This document shows, piece by piece, positions 26,032 through 36,667 of a stretch of DNA of 41,612 nucleotides. The translations under genes and the position numbers were made by a program. The stretch is from Buttiauxella sp. (GTDB lineage: Bacteria > Pseudomonadota > Gammaproteobacteria > Enterobacterales > Enterobacteriaceae). Every line of letters starts with the position of its first letter. Position 1 is the first letter of the stretch. The stretch lies in contig DALYUA010000001.1 of assembly GCA_031993245.1 (NCBI GenBank), forward strand, positions 1 to 41,612. The letters run 5' to 3'. The notes under the pieces were generated by a model. The model made no database searches. It saw only the letters and a program-made list of their open reading frames with translations, and was not told the DNA's origin.

Positions 26032-27000
26032 ATGACTACCCCTGCATTTATCATCACTATCGATACCGAAGGCGATAATCTGTGGCAAAACCATCGGCAG
26101 ATCAAAACTGAGAATGCACGTTTTCTGCCACGTTTTCAGTCGCTTTGTGAAAAATATGCTTTTAAGCCCGTCTGGTTAACAAATTACGAGATGGCGGTTG
26201 ACCCGGTCTTTACCGCCTTTGCCAAAGATGTTATCGCGCGCGGACAAGGCGAGGTTGGAATGCATTTGCATGCCTGGAACAGCCCGCCCGAGTTTGATCT
26301 AACCGGTGATGACTGGCGCTGGCAGCCTTACCTTATTGAGTATCCGGATGAGATTCTGCGTGAGAAAGTCGTCTATATGACAACGCTTCTGGAAGAGACT
26401 TTTGGCACTAAAATGGTCAGCCATCGGGCCGGGCGTTGGGCTTTCGATAGCCGTTACGCACGCCTGCTGGTGGAATTGGGCTATAAAGTCGATTGCTCAG
26501 TTACGCCGCGTGTGAACTGGAGAAATGCCAAAGGTTCACCTGCCGGCAATGGCGGAACAGACTATCAACATTTCCCGACAGGCTCCTACTTTATGGATCT
26601 GGATATCATCAGCCAGCCGGGTAACTCACCGTTGCTGCAGGTGCCGATGAGCATCCAATATAAGCACAGCGCTCTGATGAACAGCTTTAAGCAAGGATAC
26701 GATCGTCTGCGAGGTAAATATCGCAGCCCATCGGTTAACTGGCTTCGTCCGTCAGGCGGAAACGCTGCGCAAATGATTGCCGTGGCGGAGAAAACGCTGG
26801 CAGAAGGAAATGATTATGTGGAATTTATGCTTCATTCCTCAGAATTTATGCCCGGTGGCAGTCCGACGTTTAAAGATGAAACAGATATTGCGCGGCTTTA
26901 TCAGGATTTAGAGACATTATTCGCATGGCTCGCTGAACGGACTCGGGGAATGACTCTGGCTGAGTATTATGAAAGCAGGATAAAAAAACCGGGCATTTAG
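26032..27000 (+). CDS. wabN: LPS core GlcNAc deacetylase (WabN/WalW type)
   Basis: 322 aa; ITIDTEGD, GMHLHAW, SHRAGRW, MLHSSE; divergent from waaQ. Confidence 0.8.
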   Translation: MTTPAFIITIDTEGDNLWQNHRQIKTENARFLPRFQSLCEKYAFKPVWLTNYEMAVDPVFTAFAKDVIARGQGEVGMHLHAWNSPPEFDLTGDDWRWQPYLIEYPDEILREKVVYMTTLLEETFGTKMVSHRAGRWAFDSRYARLLVELGYKVDCSVTPRVNWRNAKGSPAGNGGTDYQHFPTGSYFMDLDIISQPGNSPLLQVPMSIQYKHSALMNSFKQGYDRLRGKYRSPSVNWLRPSGGNAAQMIAVAEKTLAEGNDYVEFMLHSSEFMPGGSPTFKDETDIARLYQDLETLFAWLAERTRGMTLAEYYESRIKKPGI

Positions 27001-27008
27001 CCCGGTTT
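26982..27008. terminator. Terminator between convergent wabN and waaL
   Basis: A7-ccgggc-attta-gcccggttt overlapping the wabN stop; gives a U7 tract for the minus-strand transcript. Confidence 0.7.
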
Positions 27009-27012
27009 AAAT

Positions 27013-28227
27013 TTAAATTTCTTCATGCCGTGGGTTGCTTATTACACTACAGAGCCCAATTAAGGAAATATAGAAGAGAATGGCTTCTGAGCTTAAAAGT
27101 AAAACATCACTTAAACCATATACAGCCATACAATTTATAGTAAACAGCAGTGGCGTATTTCTATTTTTTAGTGCTATCCATGCTATGCTGATGTAAAGCC
27201 ATAATAATGCAATACCACCAAATATACCCTGCAAAGAGAGTGTTTCTATTAATTCATCATGTAAATGAACTGAAATATATTTCATAGCGGATCGGTGTTG
27301 TGTTTTTTCTTTTACATATTGGGCACTATATTCTAAGCGAGACTCGAATGATTGACCTAAAGGCGCATGCATGAAATTTTTTAACCCAACTGCCCACATA
27401 GAAAACCTTGCACCCAGCGAAGTATTATCATGACCTTGTTGATAAAGTGAAACTTCATTATATGTCTGTATTATTTTTGGTTGAATATAACGATTGTATA
27501 GGGATGCAATGGCTAGTGAAGATATAAGGATGATGATAATAGAGGATTTTAAATGTATTTTTTTTAAAAAATAAGCAGTCATCAAGATGACTACAGGTAA
27601 GTGAAAAATGATAACGGCTCGTGTACCCGTCAGGATAGCAATAATGAATGAAAAAATAATGGTTAAGACAGCAAGCCCATAATATTTTTTTTTCCTTTGT
27701 GCATATAATAAAAAAATTAAAAAGACACTTAGCCCAGAATAAATGTATGCGGAAAGCGTTGCCCAATTAGTTCCCATCTCAGAACGAACCATTCCATGCA
27801 TAGACTGCCAGATAGCGTAGCATGAGGCTGCAAGAAAAGCAGCGCCTGTAACAAAGAGCACTATTTTTTTATAATTAATAGATTGTAAATAATCTCGGCA
27901 TTGTGACAAATAAAATACAAGAAGCCCACCAAGCACTAATTTTTTGCCACCGTTTAGCTGATCGCTAAAGCGGTCGTAACCTTCGGGACCATGCTGGAGC
28001 AAGAAAAACCAGACCAGTTTCACTATACCAAAAAGTATGATTGGATAAGCAATATTAAATTTCCTGAAATTAATATTTTTATGTTCAAAACCAATTCCAA
28101 GTATCCCAAGGTAAATTGCAATATAGTAAAGATTTCTTTGCAATTCACTATTTAATAAAGTGCATGCAATAGATAAAAGCGTCAAAATAAAAACGATTAT
28201 ATATAAATGGTGTTTCATTTTTTCCAT
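27013..28227 (-). CDS. waaL: O-antigen ligase
   Basis: About 404 aa, polytopic; LTGTRA, TSLGARFSMW, HLHDELIETLSLQG; inside the waa cluster. Start at 28227 or 28218. Confidence 0.88.
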   Translation of the reverse strand: MEKMKHHLYIIVFILTLLSIACTLLNSELQRNLYYIAIYLGILGIGFEHKNINFRKFNIAYPIILFGIVKLVWFFLLQHGPEGYDRFSDQLNGGKKLVLGGLLVFYLSQCRDYLQSINYKKIVLFVTGAAFLAASCYAIWQSMHGMVRSEMGTNWATLSAYIYSGLSVFLIFLLYAQRKKKYYGLAVLTIIFSFIIAILTGTRAVIIFHLPVVILMTAYFLKKIHLKSSIIIILISSLAIASLYNRYIQPKIIQTYNEVSLYQQGHDNTSLGARFSMWAVGLKNFMHAPLGQSFESRLEYSAQYVKEKTQHRSAMKYISVHLHDELIETLSLQGIFGGIALLWLYISIAWIALKNRNTPLLFTINCMAVYGLSDVLLLSSEAILFYISLIGLCSVISNPRHEEI

Positions 28228-29135
28228 AATGTACTCAACGCCTTTCTCTTATAACTAAAACGTACGGAGGTGTTAAGAAAGAAACCTAATGTATGAGTCA
28301 TCAGGACATGTTTCTTCACAATATCTTGTTGTTTAGCATCTCGCAACCATGCTCTATTTTTGATATATATGTCTAGCCAGTGGCATAATATCAAATGTTG
28401 AAAATGAGATGGAAGAATTTCGCTCATCCTGATGGTGCAGACGACCAAATTAGCTATCTTATCTGGGTTTGGAGTAGCAGATAAACTTTCATTATTTTTA
28501 ATGTAGTAATAATGACCATCTTGCTGAAAATAGATATCGTTAGCACTCATTAACATGCTTGGGAAAACGTAAAAATCCTCATAACAGGTCATTGGCGGTA
28601 ATTTGTTAGAAAGATAAATATCCCGTTTAATAAACTGTCCGCCTAAATGAGCTTGAATTTTTTTATGTATTAGAAAACGTTTAATGGTTTCATTTCGTGA
28701 AAGTTTTTCAGGATTCAAACCTGACCACTGGTGATCTATTTTGTTGATATCACGTATTTCATGAAGGCGCGTTAAGAGCATATCCGGCTGAGATTTATGA
28801 AGAAAGGCCATAATGGCAGACAAACTACCCATTTTTACTAAATCATCACTATCTATCATAGTAATATACTTGCCGCGTGACAGAGTAACGCCATGCTGAC
28901 GAACCCGGCCTACGTTTTTATAATCTACCATAGAGATAGATATTTGTGGAATATGATCGGCAAGAGTCGCGATTATTTCACCGCTGCCATCTGTTGAGGC
29001 GTCGTTAATAATGATGATTTCAGTTTTATCGATTGTCGGGCCTAATGCATCAATAACACTTTTAATGGTAGCATCGATAGTTTTTTCGCAATTATGTGCT
29101 GCAATTATTATACTTAAAAGCGGGTTATTCGTCAT
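28215..29135 (-). CDS. GT2 glycosyltransferase (outer core)
   Basis: ATG 29135 (MTNNPLLSIIIAAHN); NDASTD, IDSDD, YED motifs; AT-rich. Confidence 0.85.
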   Translation of the reverse strand: MTNNPLLSIIIAAHNCEKTIDATIKSVIDALGPTIDKTEIIIINDASTDGSGEIIATLADHIPQISISMVDYKNVGRVRQHGVTLSRGKYITMIDSDDLVKMGSLSAIMAFLHKSQPDMLLTRLHEIRDINKIDHQWSGLNPEKLSRNETIKRFLIHKKIQAHLGGQFIKRDIYLSNKLPPMTCYEDFYVFPSMLMSANDIYFQQDGHYYYIKNNESLSATPNPDKIANLVVCTIRMSEILPSHFQHLILCHWLDIYIKNRAWLRDAKQQDIVKKHVLMTHTLGFFLNTSVRFSYKRKALSTLWKK

Positions 29136-29159
29136 ATACCTACTCGTTAATATCAAAAA

Positions 29160-30260
29160 CTAATTGAAGCTATATTTTTTAACAGCTTTTTCCGGAGAGT
29201 GATTAATAATAAATGTATGGATCCTGTTCAGATCCGCATCACTCAAACCAAACAGCTCATCTTTAGGTTTATCGAAATAGTATCTTGTCTCGAAAACAAA
29301 AGAATTAGTGTTAGCATCATCACCGATAAGTAAAACATCTCCCAAAGGACGCTGTTCTTTTACGCAACATGGACCATAAATAAGAATGATCGGTACGCCT
29401 ACTGCATCAGCAATGTAAATGTTTCCCGAATCGGAGGCAATGTAGAAATCCATCTTGCTGATTGCATGGGGCAGATCTTCTAACTGAAACTCTCCGATCA
29501 TATTGACAAAATCGTTACGCTGGCCGGTTACCTTGATTAAATCATCCAGCCATACCTGCTCATTTTTAGAGCCAAAAATATAGTATAAACACGGCAGGTC
29601 TTGTAATGCGGTAAAAAGAGATTCCCAGACGGCTGGCGGAATTGTCTTTGCTTTGTTACCTGCAGAGATGCTTAAACCAATTTTAATAACGCCTGTTTGG
29701 TCTAAAACCTGCGGATACGAGACGGGGGTTTTTAAGGGCAGCGTGGCGTGCTTAGGATAGTCGCGCCAGGTCAGAGTGCGGTCTGCGAGCTTGAGGTAGT
29801 TGTCCACGCTTAATGTGTACTTACCATGCTCAACGGTCCCATCGGCAGTCCAGTAAAAAGGCTCATGGTACCAGCGTCGGGTATAGGTACTTAAAAACTG
29901 TTTTTTTACGGCATTACAGGCGGCAGCGAAGAAAAGATTAGTGCTGTTAGGCTGCAGCAGATAGACATTTTCATAGCGATTCATCAGCCTGAAGGCCAGA
30001 CGAAATTTACGCCATAGTCTCTTTTTATGTTCTTCTATCAGGAAAATAGTATCGATGGTCTCGTCATGTTTAGCCAGCGGCAGCGTTGCTTTACCGATCA
30101 GCACATCACTGTGTTTAAGATGTGCGAGCAGAGGCGTAACGTTTACAAAATCGCCGATTTTGGCCGTCTGAATCATCAAGTTTCGGCCTGTCTTTTTGTA
30201 AAACAGCTTACCGATCAGTTTGAACGGCAGCAGGAGAATGAAAAGAAATAGGTAGCTCAT
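29160..30260 (-). CDS. GT9 heptosyltransferase-like protein
   Basis: 366 aa; QTAKIGDFVNVTPL and ASDSGNIYIADAVG resemble GT9 motifs; hydrophobic/basic N-terminus. Confidence 0.8.
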   Translation of the reverse strand: MSYLFLFILLLPFKLIGKLFYKKTGRNLMIQTAKIGDFVNVTPLLAHLKHSDVLIGKATLPLAKHDETIDTIFLIEEHKKRLWRKFRLAFRLMNRYENVYLLQPNSTNLFFAAACNAVKKQFLSTYTRRWYHEPFYWTADGTVEHGKYTLSVDNYLKLADRTLTWRDYPKHATLPLKTPVSYPQVLDQTGVIKIGLSISAGNKAKTIPPAVWESLFTALQDLPCLYYIFGSKNEQVWLDDLIKVTGQRNDFVNMIGEFQLEDLPHAISKMDFYIASDSGNIYIADAVGVPIILIYGPCCVKEQRPLGDVLLIGDDANTNSFVFETRYYFDKPKDELFGLSDADLNRIHTFIINHSPEKAVKKYSFN

Positions 30261-30266
30261 TAATCG

Positions 30267-31244
30267 TTATTCTTTGGCTAATTGAGTGGAAGTCTGGAGT
30301 ACGCTAAATGCTTCATTTGCTGTGATGTTAGCCATACTTTTTCCTGCGCCAATGATTTCATGCTGGTTCTGTCCGTAACCGCCAATCAAACCCGGATCGG
30401 TCGGTCCATACAGCGTAATATTTGGCCGATTAAGCGCGGCTGTAAGATGGCTTAATCCGGTATCAACCGAGACAACAGCCCGTGCCCCTGCAAGTTGCTT
30501 TGCTACCTGCTCAAGTGACAAGCGAGGCAATACCTCAACATAATCGAAACCTTCAGCCAGGCGGGCAGCCCGTTCACGCTCATGTTCTGCACCCCACGGG
30601 AGTTTAATACGTAAGCCCGTTTTATGCATTAATTGAATAAGATCTCGCCAGTTTGATTCTGGCCAGTGCTTTTCGTCCCGCGTCGTGGCATGCAGAAAAA
30701 CAACGTACTCATTCGCATCAGCAGGTGCAGCGGCAAGAAAATGTTGTGCAATCGCGTAGTTGCCTTGCTGTGCTGGTTTTTTATATTCAAGACTTTTGGC
30801 AAATAATTCCCTTGTACGTTCAACCGCATGCTGTTGTTTCGCAACGGCGTGGCGTTTGCTATAGAAGAAACTTGCCAGCGGCTCACGGGCGCTATTCCAG
30901 TCCATACCGTGTTTCACACCATGAGCTTTGCGTGTAACCAGCGCGGCGCTTTTGATCAGACCCTGTGCATCAATAACGGCGTCATATTGCCTGGCGCGCA
31001 ATGCCTGATAGAACGCTTTGCGCTCTGCCTTGATTGGAGACGAGAACCAATTTTTACGCCAGCGGCGAATCGCGACGGGAATGACTTTATCGACTGCCGG
31101 ATGCCATGTCGGGATTTGGGCGAAACTTTCCTCAACCACCCAGTCAAAGCGTGCACCGGGTATCGCCTTTACGGCATCGGTCAGCGCGGGTAGCGTGTGC
31201 AGGACATCGCCCATCGAGGATGTTTTGACGATCAGAATCCGCAT
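30267..31244 (-). CDS. waaC: LPS heptosyltransferase I
   Basis: MRILIVKTSSMGDVLHTLPALTD, DAQGLIKSA, VDTGLSHL. Confidence 0.96.
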   Translation of the reverse strand: MRILIVKTSSMGDVLHTLPALTDAVKAIPGARFDWVVEESFAQIPTWHPAVDKVIPVAIRRWRKNWFSSPIKAERKAFYQALRARQYDAVIDAQGLIKSAALVTRKAHGVKHGMDWNSAREPLASFFYSKRHAVAKQQHAVERTRELFAKSLEYKKPAQQGNYAIAQHFLAAAPADANEYVVFLHATTRDEKHWPESNWRDLIQLMHKTGLRIKLPWGAEHERERAARLAEGFDYVEVLPRLSLEQVAKQLAGARAVVSVDTGLSHLTAALNRPNITLYGPTDPGLIGGYGQNQHEIIGAGKSMANITANEAFSVLQTSTQLAKE

Positions 31245-32293
31245 TAAACGTCCTTTCCGGTTGCCAGCAGAGCGGTTAACTCATCCATTACGCGCACGGG
31301 TGTAATATCAATCAAACTCTGGTGATAGCCTTCGGCGGTATCGCCTTTACGCACTTTGTGGTAGCCACTTATAAGGCGAATTACGCGCGCCTGATGGGAC
31401 AGCGGCGGAGTAAAGTCCGGGCTGCTTGGCCCATACAGAGCAACTAAAGGGCGATTAAGCGCAGCGGCCACATGCATCAGGCCAGAGTCGTTTGTCACCA
31501 CTGCTTTGCAGGCGGCCAGTAAAATTACGGCCTGCTCGAGCGCGGTATCGCCAGCCAGATTACGGCAATGCGCCTGCTGTGCGGTTGTTAAAGCGGCGAG
31601 GATATCGTTGCCGACTTCTTTATCTTTTGCGGAGCCAAAAAGCACTACCTGATAGCCTTCATCGATGAGCCTGCCGGCAAGCGTTGCGTAGTGATAGTGC
31701 GGCCAGCGTTTAGCCGGGCCGAATTCAGCACCCGGACAAAAACCGATGATTGGGCGTTCGACGTCCAGAGTGAATGCGGAGCAGGTTTGCTTTTTTTCAC
31801 CTTCACTGACCTTTAACTCAGGCCATAGTAAGGGTTGGGGAAGATCCTTCGCCGACTGCATCACGCCTTTGTCATAGGCCAGCGCAACGTAGCGCTCTAC
31901 CATCAATGGCCAGGCGTGTTTATCCAGTACACGTGCGTCATTGAGCAAGCCGTAGCGCATCTCACCGCGCCAGCCCGTGCGCTGCGGCACGTCGGCAAAG
32001 AAGGGAACCAATGCCGACTTAAAGGAGTTTGGCAGCACGTAGGCCCGATCGTAGCGCTTCTCTCGCAGGCTATGCCCCAGACGACGTCGCTCGCCGATTG
32101 CCAGCGCACCGTGGCCAAGCGGCATTGCCAGCGCTTCATTAACTTCAGGCATGCGCGAAAGCAATGGACGGCACCATGCCGGTGCCATCACGTCGATTAT
32201 CGCCTGGGGATAGCGCGCCTTGAGCGTGCGATAGAGGCTCTGCGACATCATCATGTCGCCCACCCATGACGGGCCAATCACCAGTATTTTCAT
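31244..32293 (-). CDS. waaF: LPS heptosyltransferase II
   Basis: MKILVIGPSWVGDMMMSQ, PGAEFGPAKRWP, NDSGLMHVAAAL. Confidence 0.97.
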   Translation of the reverse strand: MKILVIGPSWVGDMMMSQSLYRTLKARYPQAIIDVMAPAWCRPLLSRMPEVNEALAMPLGHGALAIGERRRLGHSLREKRYDRAYVLPNSFKSALVPFFADVPQRTGWRGEMRYGLLNDARVLDKHAWPLMVERYVALAYDKGVMQSAKDLPQPLLWPELKVSEGEKKQTCSAFTLDVERPIIGFCPGAEFGPAKRWPHYHYATLAGRLIDEGYQVVLFGSAKDKEVGNDILAALTTAQQAHCRNLAGDTALEQAVILLAACKAVVTNDSGLMHVAAALNRPLVALYGPSSPDFTPPLSHQARVIRLISGYHKVRKGDTAEGYHQSLIDITPVRVMDELTALLATGKDV

Positions 32294-32309
32294 GCGTCAG
32301 GCTACCTGC

Positions 32310-33242
32310 TTATGCGTCACGGTTCAGCCAGGCCATGTATTCTGTTACGCCTTCGGCAACAGTTTTGAATGGCTTGTCATAGCCTGCGGCGCGCAGGTTA
32401 GTGAGGTCGGCCTGAGTAAATGCCTGATAACGGCCTTTGAGTTTTTCCGGGAACGGAATGTACTCAATGCTGCCTTTTTTATGGAAGGCTAAAGCCGCAT
32501 CGGCAACGGTCTGGAAAGACTCGGGGCGACCGGTACCGCAGTTGAAGATGCCGGATACGCCGTTCTGCCAGAACCACAGATTAACCGCAGCAACGTCGCC
32601 GACGTAGATGAAATCGCGTTTAAAGCTGTCGCTGCCTTCAAACAGTTTTGGATTTTCACCATTATTTAGCTGGGTGTTCAGGTGGAACGCAACGCTCGCC
32701 ATGCTGCCTTTGTGGCCTTCGCGTGGCCCATAAACGTTGAAGTAACGGAAGCCGGTAATTTGAGAATTAGCTTCGGGCAGGATCTGGCGTACATATTCGT
32801 CGAACAGGAATTTAGAGTAGCCGTAAACGTTCAGAGGCTGCTCGTATTCACGAGACTCGATAAAATCACTGTTGCGGCCGCCGTAGGTTGCTGCGGAAGA
32901 GGCATACAGGAACGGAATTTCACGCTCCAGGCAGTAGTGCAGCACCTCTTTGGAGTACTGATAGTTGTTATCCATCATATACTTGCCATCCCACTCGGTG
33001 GTGGAAGAGCAGGCACCTTCATGGAAAATCGCTTCGATCTCGCCGAACTCTTCACCCGCCATCAGTTGGATTAAGAAATCTTCTTTGTCCATATAATCAG
33101 CGATATTCAGATCGACAAGGTTGACGAACTTGGTACCGTCTTTCAGGTTGTCTACCACCAGGATATCAGTATAACCAATATCATTCAGCGACTTAACAAT
33201 GTTGCTGCCGATAAATCCGGCACCACCGGTGACAATAATCAT
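32310..33242 (-). CDS. hldD: ADP-L-glycero-D-manno-heptose 6-epimerase
   Basis: ATG 33242 ([14 protein letters not shown]), 310 aa; [13 protein letters not shown]. Confidence 0.98.
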   Translation of the reverse strand: MIIVTGGAGFIGSNIVKSLNDIGYTDILVVDNLKDGTKFVNLVDLNIADYMDKEDFLIQLMAGEEFGEIEAIFHEGACSSTTEWDGKYMMDNNYQYSKEVLHYCLEREIPFLYASSAATYGGRNSDFIESREYEQPLNVYGYSKFLFDEYVRQILPEANSQITGFRYFNVYGPREGHKGSMASVAFHLNTQLNNGENPKLFEGSDSFKRDFIYVGDVAAVNLWFWQNGVSGIFNCGTGRPESFQTVADAALAFHKKGSIEYIPFPEKLKGRYQAFTQADLTNLRAAGYDKPFKTVAEGVTEYMAWLNRDA

Positions 33243-33460
33243 AAGCGAGACCTTAACAATATAGGGGGGCCGCAAGGTACAGTACCTCACGCGCTAATGG
33301 CTCTTATCATATCATTACAATCAAAGTCGCGCCTAATCAGACGAAGTTTCTGCCCCTCGTGATTTATCCTGCAAAAATCAATTTCTCTGAAGCGTAATCT
33401 CGTCTCCTGGTATAGGTTTGGGTAATATGTGCCAAAATATGCCCTGCCTGGAGAATCGCG

Positions 33461-34657
33461 ATGCGCGAAGATTTTTACCAACAGTTAACCTCACAGCTTG
33501 ATACCGCACGTCTGGAAGGCCTTTTCAAAGAAGAACGTATTATCACCTCGGCGCAACAGGCGGATATCACTGTCGCTGACGGCAGCCATGTTATTAACTT
33601 CTGTGCCAACAACTACCTTGGACTTGCAAACCACCCGCAGCTTATCGAAGCGGCAAAGCAGGGGATGGATAAACACGGTTTTGGCATGGCTTCAGTGCGC
33701 TTTATTTGTGGCACGCAGGACAGCCATAAAGAGCTGGAAAGCAAGCTGGCAGGATTCCTGGGAATGGATGATGCCATTCTTTATTCCTCCTGTTTTGATG
33801 CCAACGGCGGGCTGTTTGAAACTCTGCTTGGGCCGGAAGACGCCATTATTTCTGACGCCTTAAACCATGCCTCCATTATCGACGGTGTGCGCCTGTGTAA
33901 AGCTCAGCGTTACCGCTACGCTAACAACGATATGCAGGAGCTGGAGGCTCGCCTGAAAGAGGCGCGTGCGGCTGGTGCTCGCCACGTTATGATTGCTACC
34001 GATGGCGTTTTCTCTATGGACGGCGTGATTGCCAACCTGAAGGGCGTGTGCGATCTGGCAGATAAATACGATGCGCTGGTGATGGTTGATGACTCACACG
34101 CGGTAGGTTTTGTTGGCGAAAACGGTCGCGGAACCCATGAATACTGCGACGTTATGGATCGCGTGGATATCATCACCGGCACTTTGGGCAAAGCGCTGGG
34201 CGGGGCTTCTGGCGGCTACACCGCTGGTCGTAAAGAAGTTATTGAATGGCTGCGTCAGCGCTCTCGTCCTTATCTTTTCTCCAACTCTTTGGCCCCGGCG
34301 ATTGTTTCAGCCTCTATCAAGGTTCTGGAGATGCTGGAAACCGGCGCTGAGCTGCGCGAGCGCCTGTGGGCCAACGCAAGCCTGTTCCGCGAAAAAATGA
34401 CAGCCGCTGGATTCACCCTGGCAGGCGCCGATCACGCCATCATTCCTGTGATGCTTGGCGAAGCGGTTGTGGCGCAAAACTTTGCCCGCGAACTGCAAAA
34501 AGAAGGCATTTATGTCACCGGATTCTTCTACCCGGTAGTACCAAAAGGTCAGGCGCGCATCCGTACTCAGATGTCTGCGGCCCATACCACAGAACAGATT
34601 GAACGCGCTGTTGAGGCGTTTACGCGTATCGGTAAACAGTTGGGCGTTATCGCCTGA
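33461..34657 (+). CDS. kbl: 2-amino-3-ketobutyrate CoA ligase
   Basis: 398 aa; [25 protein letters not shown]. Confidence 0.98.
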   Translation: MREDFYQQLTSQLDTARLEGLFKEERIITSAQQADITVADGSHVINFCANNYLGLANHPQLIEAAKQGMDKHGFGMASVRFICGTQDSHKELESKLAGFLGMDDAILYSSCFDANGGLFETLLGPEDAIISDALNHASIIDGVRLCKAQRYRYANNDMQELEARLKEARAAGARHVMIATDGVFSMDGVIANLKGVCDLADKYDALVMVDDSHAVGFVGENGRGTHEYCDVMDRVDIITGTLGKALGGASGGYTAGRKEVIEWLRQRSRPYLFSNSLAPAIVSASIKVLEMLETGAELRERLWANASLFREKMTAAGFTLAGADHAIIPVMLGEAVVAQNFARELQKEGIYVTGFFYPVVPKGQARIRTQMSAAHTTEQIERAVEAFTRIGKQLGVIA

Positions 34658-34667
34658 GGGAACGGTC

Positions 34668-35693
34668 ATGAAAGCATTAGCGAAACTTAAAGCAGAAGAG
34701 GGCATCTGGATGACGGATGCGCCTGAACCGGAGATGGGCCATAACGATCTGCTGATCAAAATCCGTAAGACCGCGATTTGCGGCACCGATGTGCATATTT
34801 ATAACTGGGATGAATGGTCACAGAAGACTATTCCGGTGCCGATGGTTGTCGGCCATGAATATGTAGGTGAGGTGGTCGGTATCGGCCAGGAAGTGAAAGG
34901 GTTTAAAATTGGCGATCGCGTTTCCGGCGAAGGGCATATTACCTGTGGTCATTGCCGTAACTGTCGCGCTGGTCGTACTCATCTTTGCCGTAATACTACC
35001 GGCGTAGGCGTTAACCGCCCGGGCTGTTTTGCTGAGTACCTGGTGCTACCTGCCTTTAACGCCTTTAAAATCCCGGACAATATTTCCGACGATTTGGCCT
35101 CCATCTTCGACCCGTTTGGTAACGCGGTTCACACAGCTCTTTCGTTTGACCTGGTCGGCGAGGACGTACTGGTTTCCGGCGCAGGCCCGATTGGCATCAT
35201 GGCTGCGGCTGTCGCTAAACATGTGGGCGCGCGTAATGTCGTAATCACCGATGTGAACGAATACCGCCTTGAGCTGGCGCGCGAAATGGGTGTAACCCGC
35301 GCGGTGAACGTCAGTAAAGAAAGCCTGAATGACGTGATGCACGAGCTGGGCATGACCGAAGGTTTTGATGTGGGTCTGGAGATGTCCGGCGCGCCGCCTG
35401 CGTTCCGTACGATGCTTGATACCATGAACCACGGTGGCCGTATCGCGATGCTGGGTATTCCTCCGTCAGATATGTCCATCGACTGGACAAAAGTCATCTT
35501 CAAGGGACTTTTCATCAAAGGTATCTACGGACGAGAAATGTTTGAGACCTGGTACAAAATGGCCGCGCTGATTCAGTCTGGTCTGGACCTTTCGCCAATC
35601 ATCACGCACCGTTTTGGCATTGATGATTTCCAGAAAGGCTTTGATGCGATGCGTTCCGGGCAGTCCGGGAAGGTTATTCTTAGCTGGGATTAA
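34668..35693 (+). CDS. tdh: L-threonine 3-dehydrogenase
   Basis: ATG 34668 ([14 protein letters not shown]), 341 aa; ICGTDVH, GHEYVG, structural Zn cysteines. Confidence 0.98.
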   Translation: MKALAKLKAEEGIWMTDAPEPEMGHNDLLIKIRKTAICGTDVHIYNWDEWSQKTIPVPMVVGHEYVGEVVGIGQEVKGFKIGDRVSGEGHITCGHCRNCRAGRTHLCRNTTGVGVNRPGCFAEYLVLPAFNAFKIPDNISDDLASIFDPFGNAVHTALSFDLVGEDVLVSGAGPIGIMAAAVAKHVGARNVVITDVNEYRLELAREMGVTRAVNVSKESLNDVMHELGMTEGFDVGLEMSGAPPAFRTMLDTMNHGGRIAMLGIPPSDMSIDWTKVIFKGLFIKGIYGREMFETWYKMAALIQSGLDLSPIITHRFGIDDFQKGFDAMRSGQSGKVILSWD

Positions 35694-35708
35694 TTATGCT
35701 GAGATAGT

Positions 35709-35738
35709 AAAAAAGGCCGGGAAACCGGCCTTTTCTTT
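35709..35738. terminator. Bidirectional terminator between tdh and the GT8-like gene
   Basis: aaaaaaggccgg-gaaa-ccggccttttcttt. Confidence 0.88.
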
Positions 35739-35746
35739 ATGGTCCG

Positions 35747-36667
35747 TTACTCGCCTGCGGTTTGCTTTTCCGCATCCGTGAGATAGCGGACTTTACGCGT
35801 GTAATCCTGGCCTTTAAACAACAGCTCGCTCTCTGGTGAGGCAAGGTATTTCTGCCATTCGGACAGCGGGAAACCGCCGTGCGCGCCAATGACTTCTTTC
35901 GGTATAACTGAAGGCGTGCCGCCAATGCGTTTTGAAACAGGCCAGTTCACCCAGTCCCCTAAATTGACGGTTCTGAAATCCAGCATATCCAGTAACGCCG
36001 CCAGTGGCAGTTGGTCGGTTGGCGGCTGCGAATCATCCATTAACTCCCAGGTATCCTGGAACAACACCAGCCAAAGTGGGCACAGTCTGTGCCACGTACT
36101 GCGTGTCGCTGCGAGAAACGCGCTATTGACGTGATCTTCAAGCGTAGGGCGAATGGTTCCCTGATACCAGGCGGGTGCTTTGCCCTCTGGGGCATTAGCC
36201 AGTTTTGCAATCATTTTGCCCTGACGGAAGCTGGAATACAGTGTGTTTTCCTCGACTTCCAGCTTTGGCATCTGCAACAGATTGAGATCGGAATCGATAA
36301 TCAACGCGCCTTCGGTGCTGGCATACAGCGGAGCCTGAATTTTTATCAGTCGGCTACGATAGATCTGTTTGAAACGATAGCTGTCGTCTCGTTCCGGAAC
36401 GTTAAGCGTAACGACGCGAGCTTTTTTCGGGATACCGATAAAATCCGATGCTGGCCGATCGGAAACAATAACAATTTCTTCGAGCTGAGGTGCAAATCGT
36501 TCGGCAAAAACAGCCGAAAGCACACCTTCTTCAACAAAATCTTTACCGACGCACGGAATGACAACAGACGTCACTGGAACCGCTTTAGCTCCGCTGGACG
36601 CCTGAGCTAAGGGGATATTATGTCGTGCCGTAATATGGCGATATTTCGCATTCAGAAATTTAAACAT
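35747..36667 (-). CDS. Putative GT-A fold glycosyltransferase (GT8-like), uncharacterised
   Basis: 306 aa; IIDSDL (DxD), HVNSAFL, PTDQLPL and a late His in GT8-like order; start overlaps the upstream GT4 stop by 8 nt. Confidence 0.65.
   Translation of the reverse strand: MFKFLNAKYRHITARHNIPLAQASSGAKAVPVTSVVIPCVGKDFVEEGVLSAVFAERFAPQLEEIVIVSDRPASDFIGIPKKARVVTLNVPERDDSYRFKQIYRSRLIKIQAPLYASTEGALIIDSDLNLLQMPKLEVEENTLYSSFRQGKMIAKLANAPEGKAPAWYQGTIRPTLEDHVNSAFLAATRSTWHRLCPLWLVLFQDTWELMDDSQPPTDQLPLAALLDMLDFRTVNLGDWVNWPVSKRIGGTPSVIPKEVIGAHGGFPLSEWQKYLASPESELLFKGQDYTRKVRYLTDAEKQTAGE

Noticed and set aside
33243..33460. Absence of htrL (yibB) between hldD and kbl; 64-aa ORF in this spacer
   Set aside because: htrL is patchily distributed, and the short ORF spans a divergent promoter region and overlaps the kbl start with no coding evidence.
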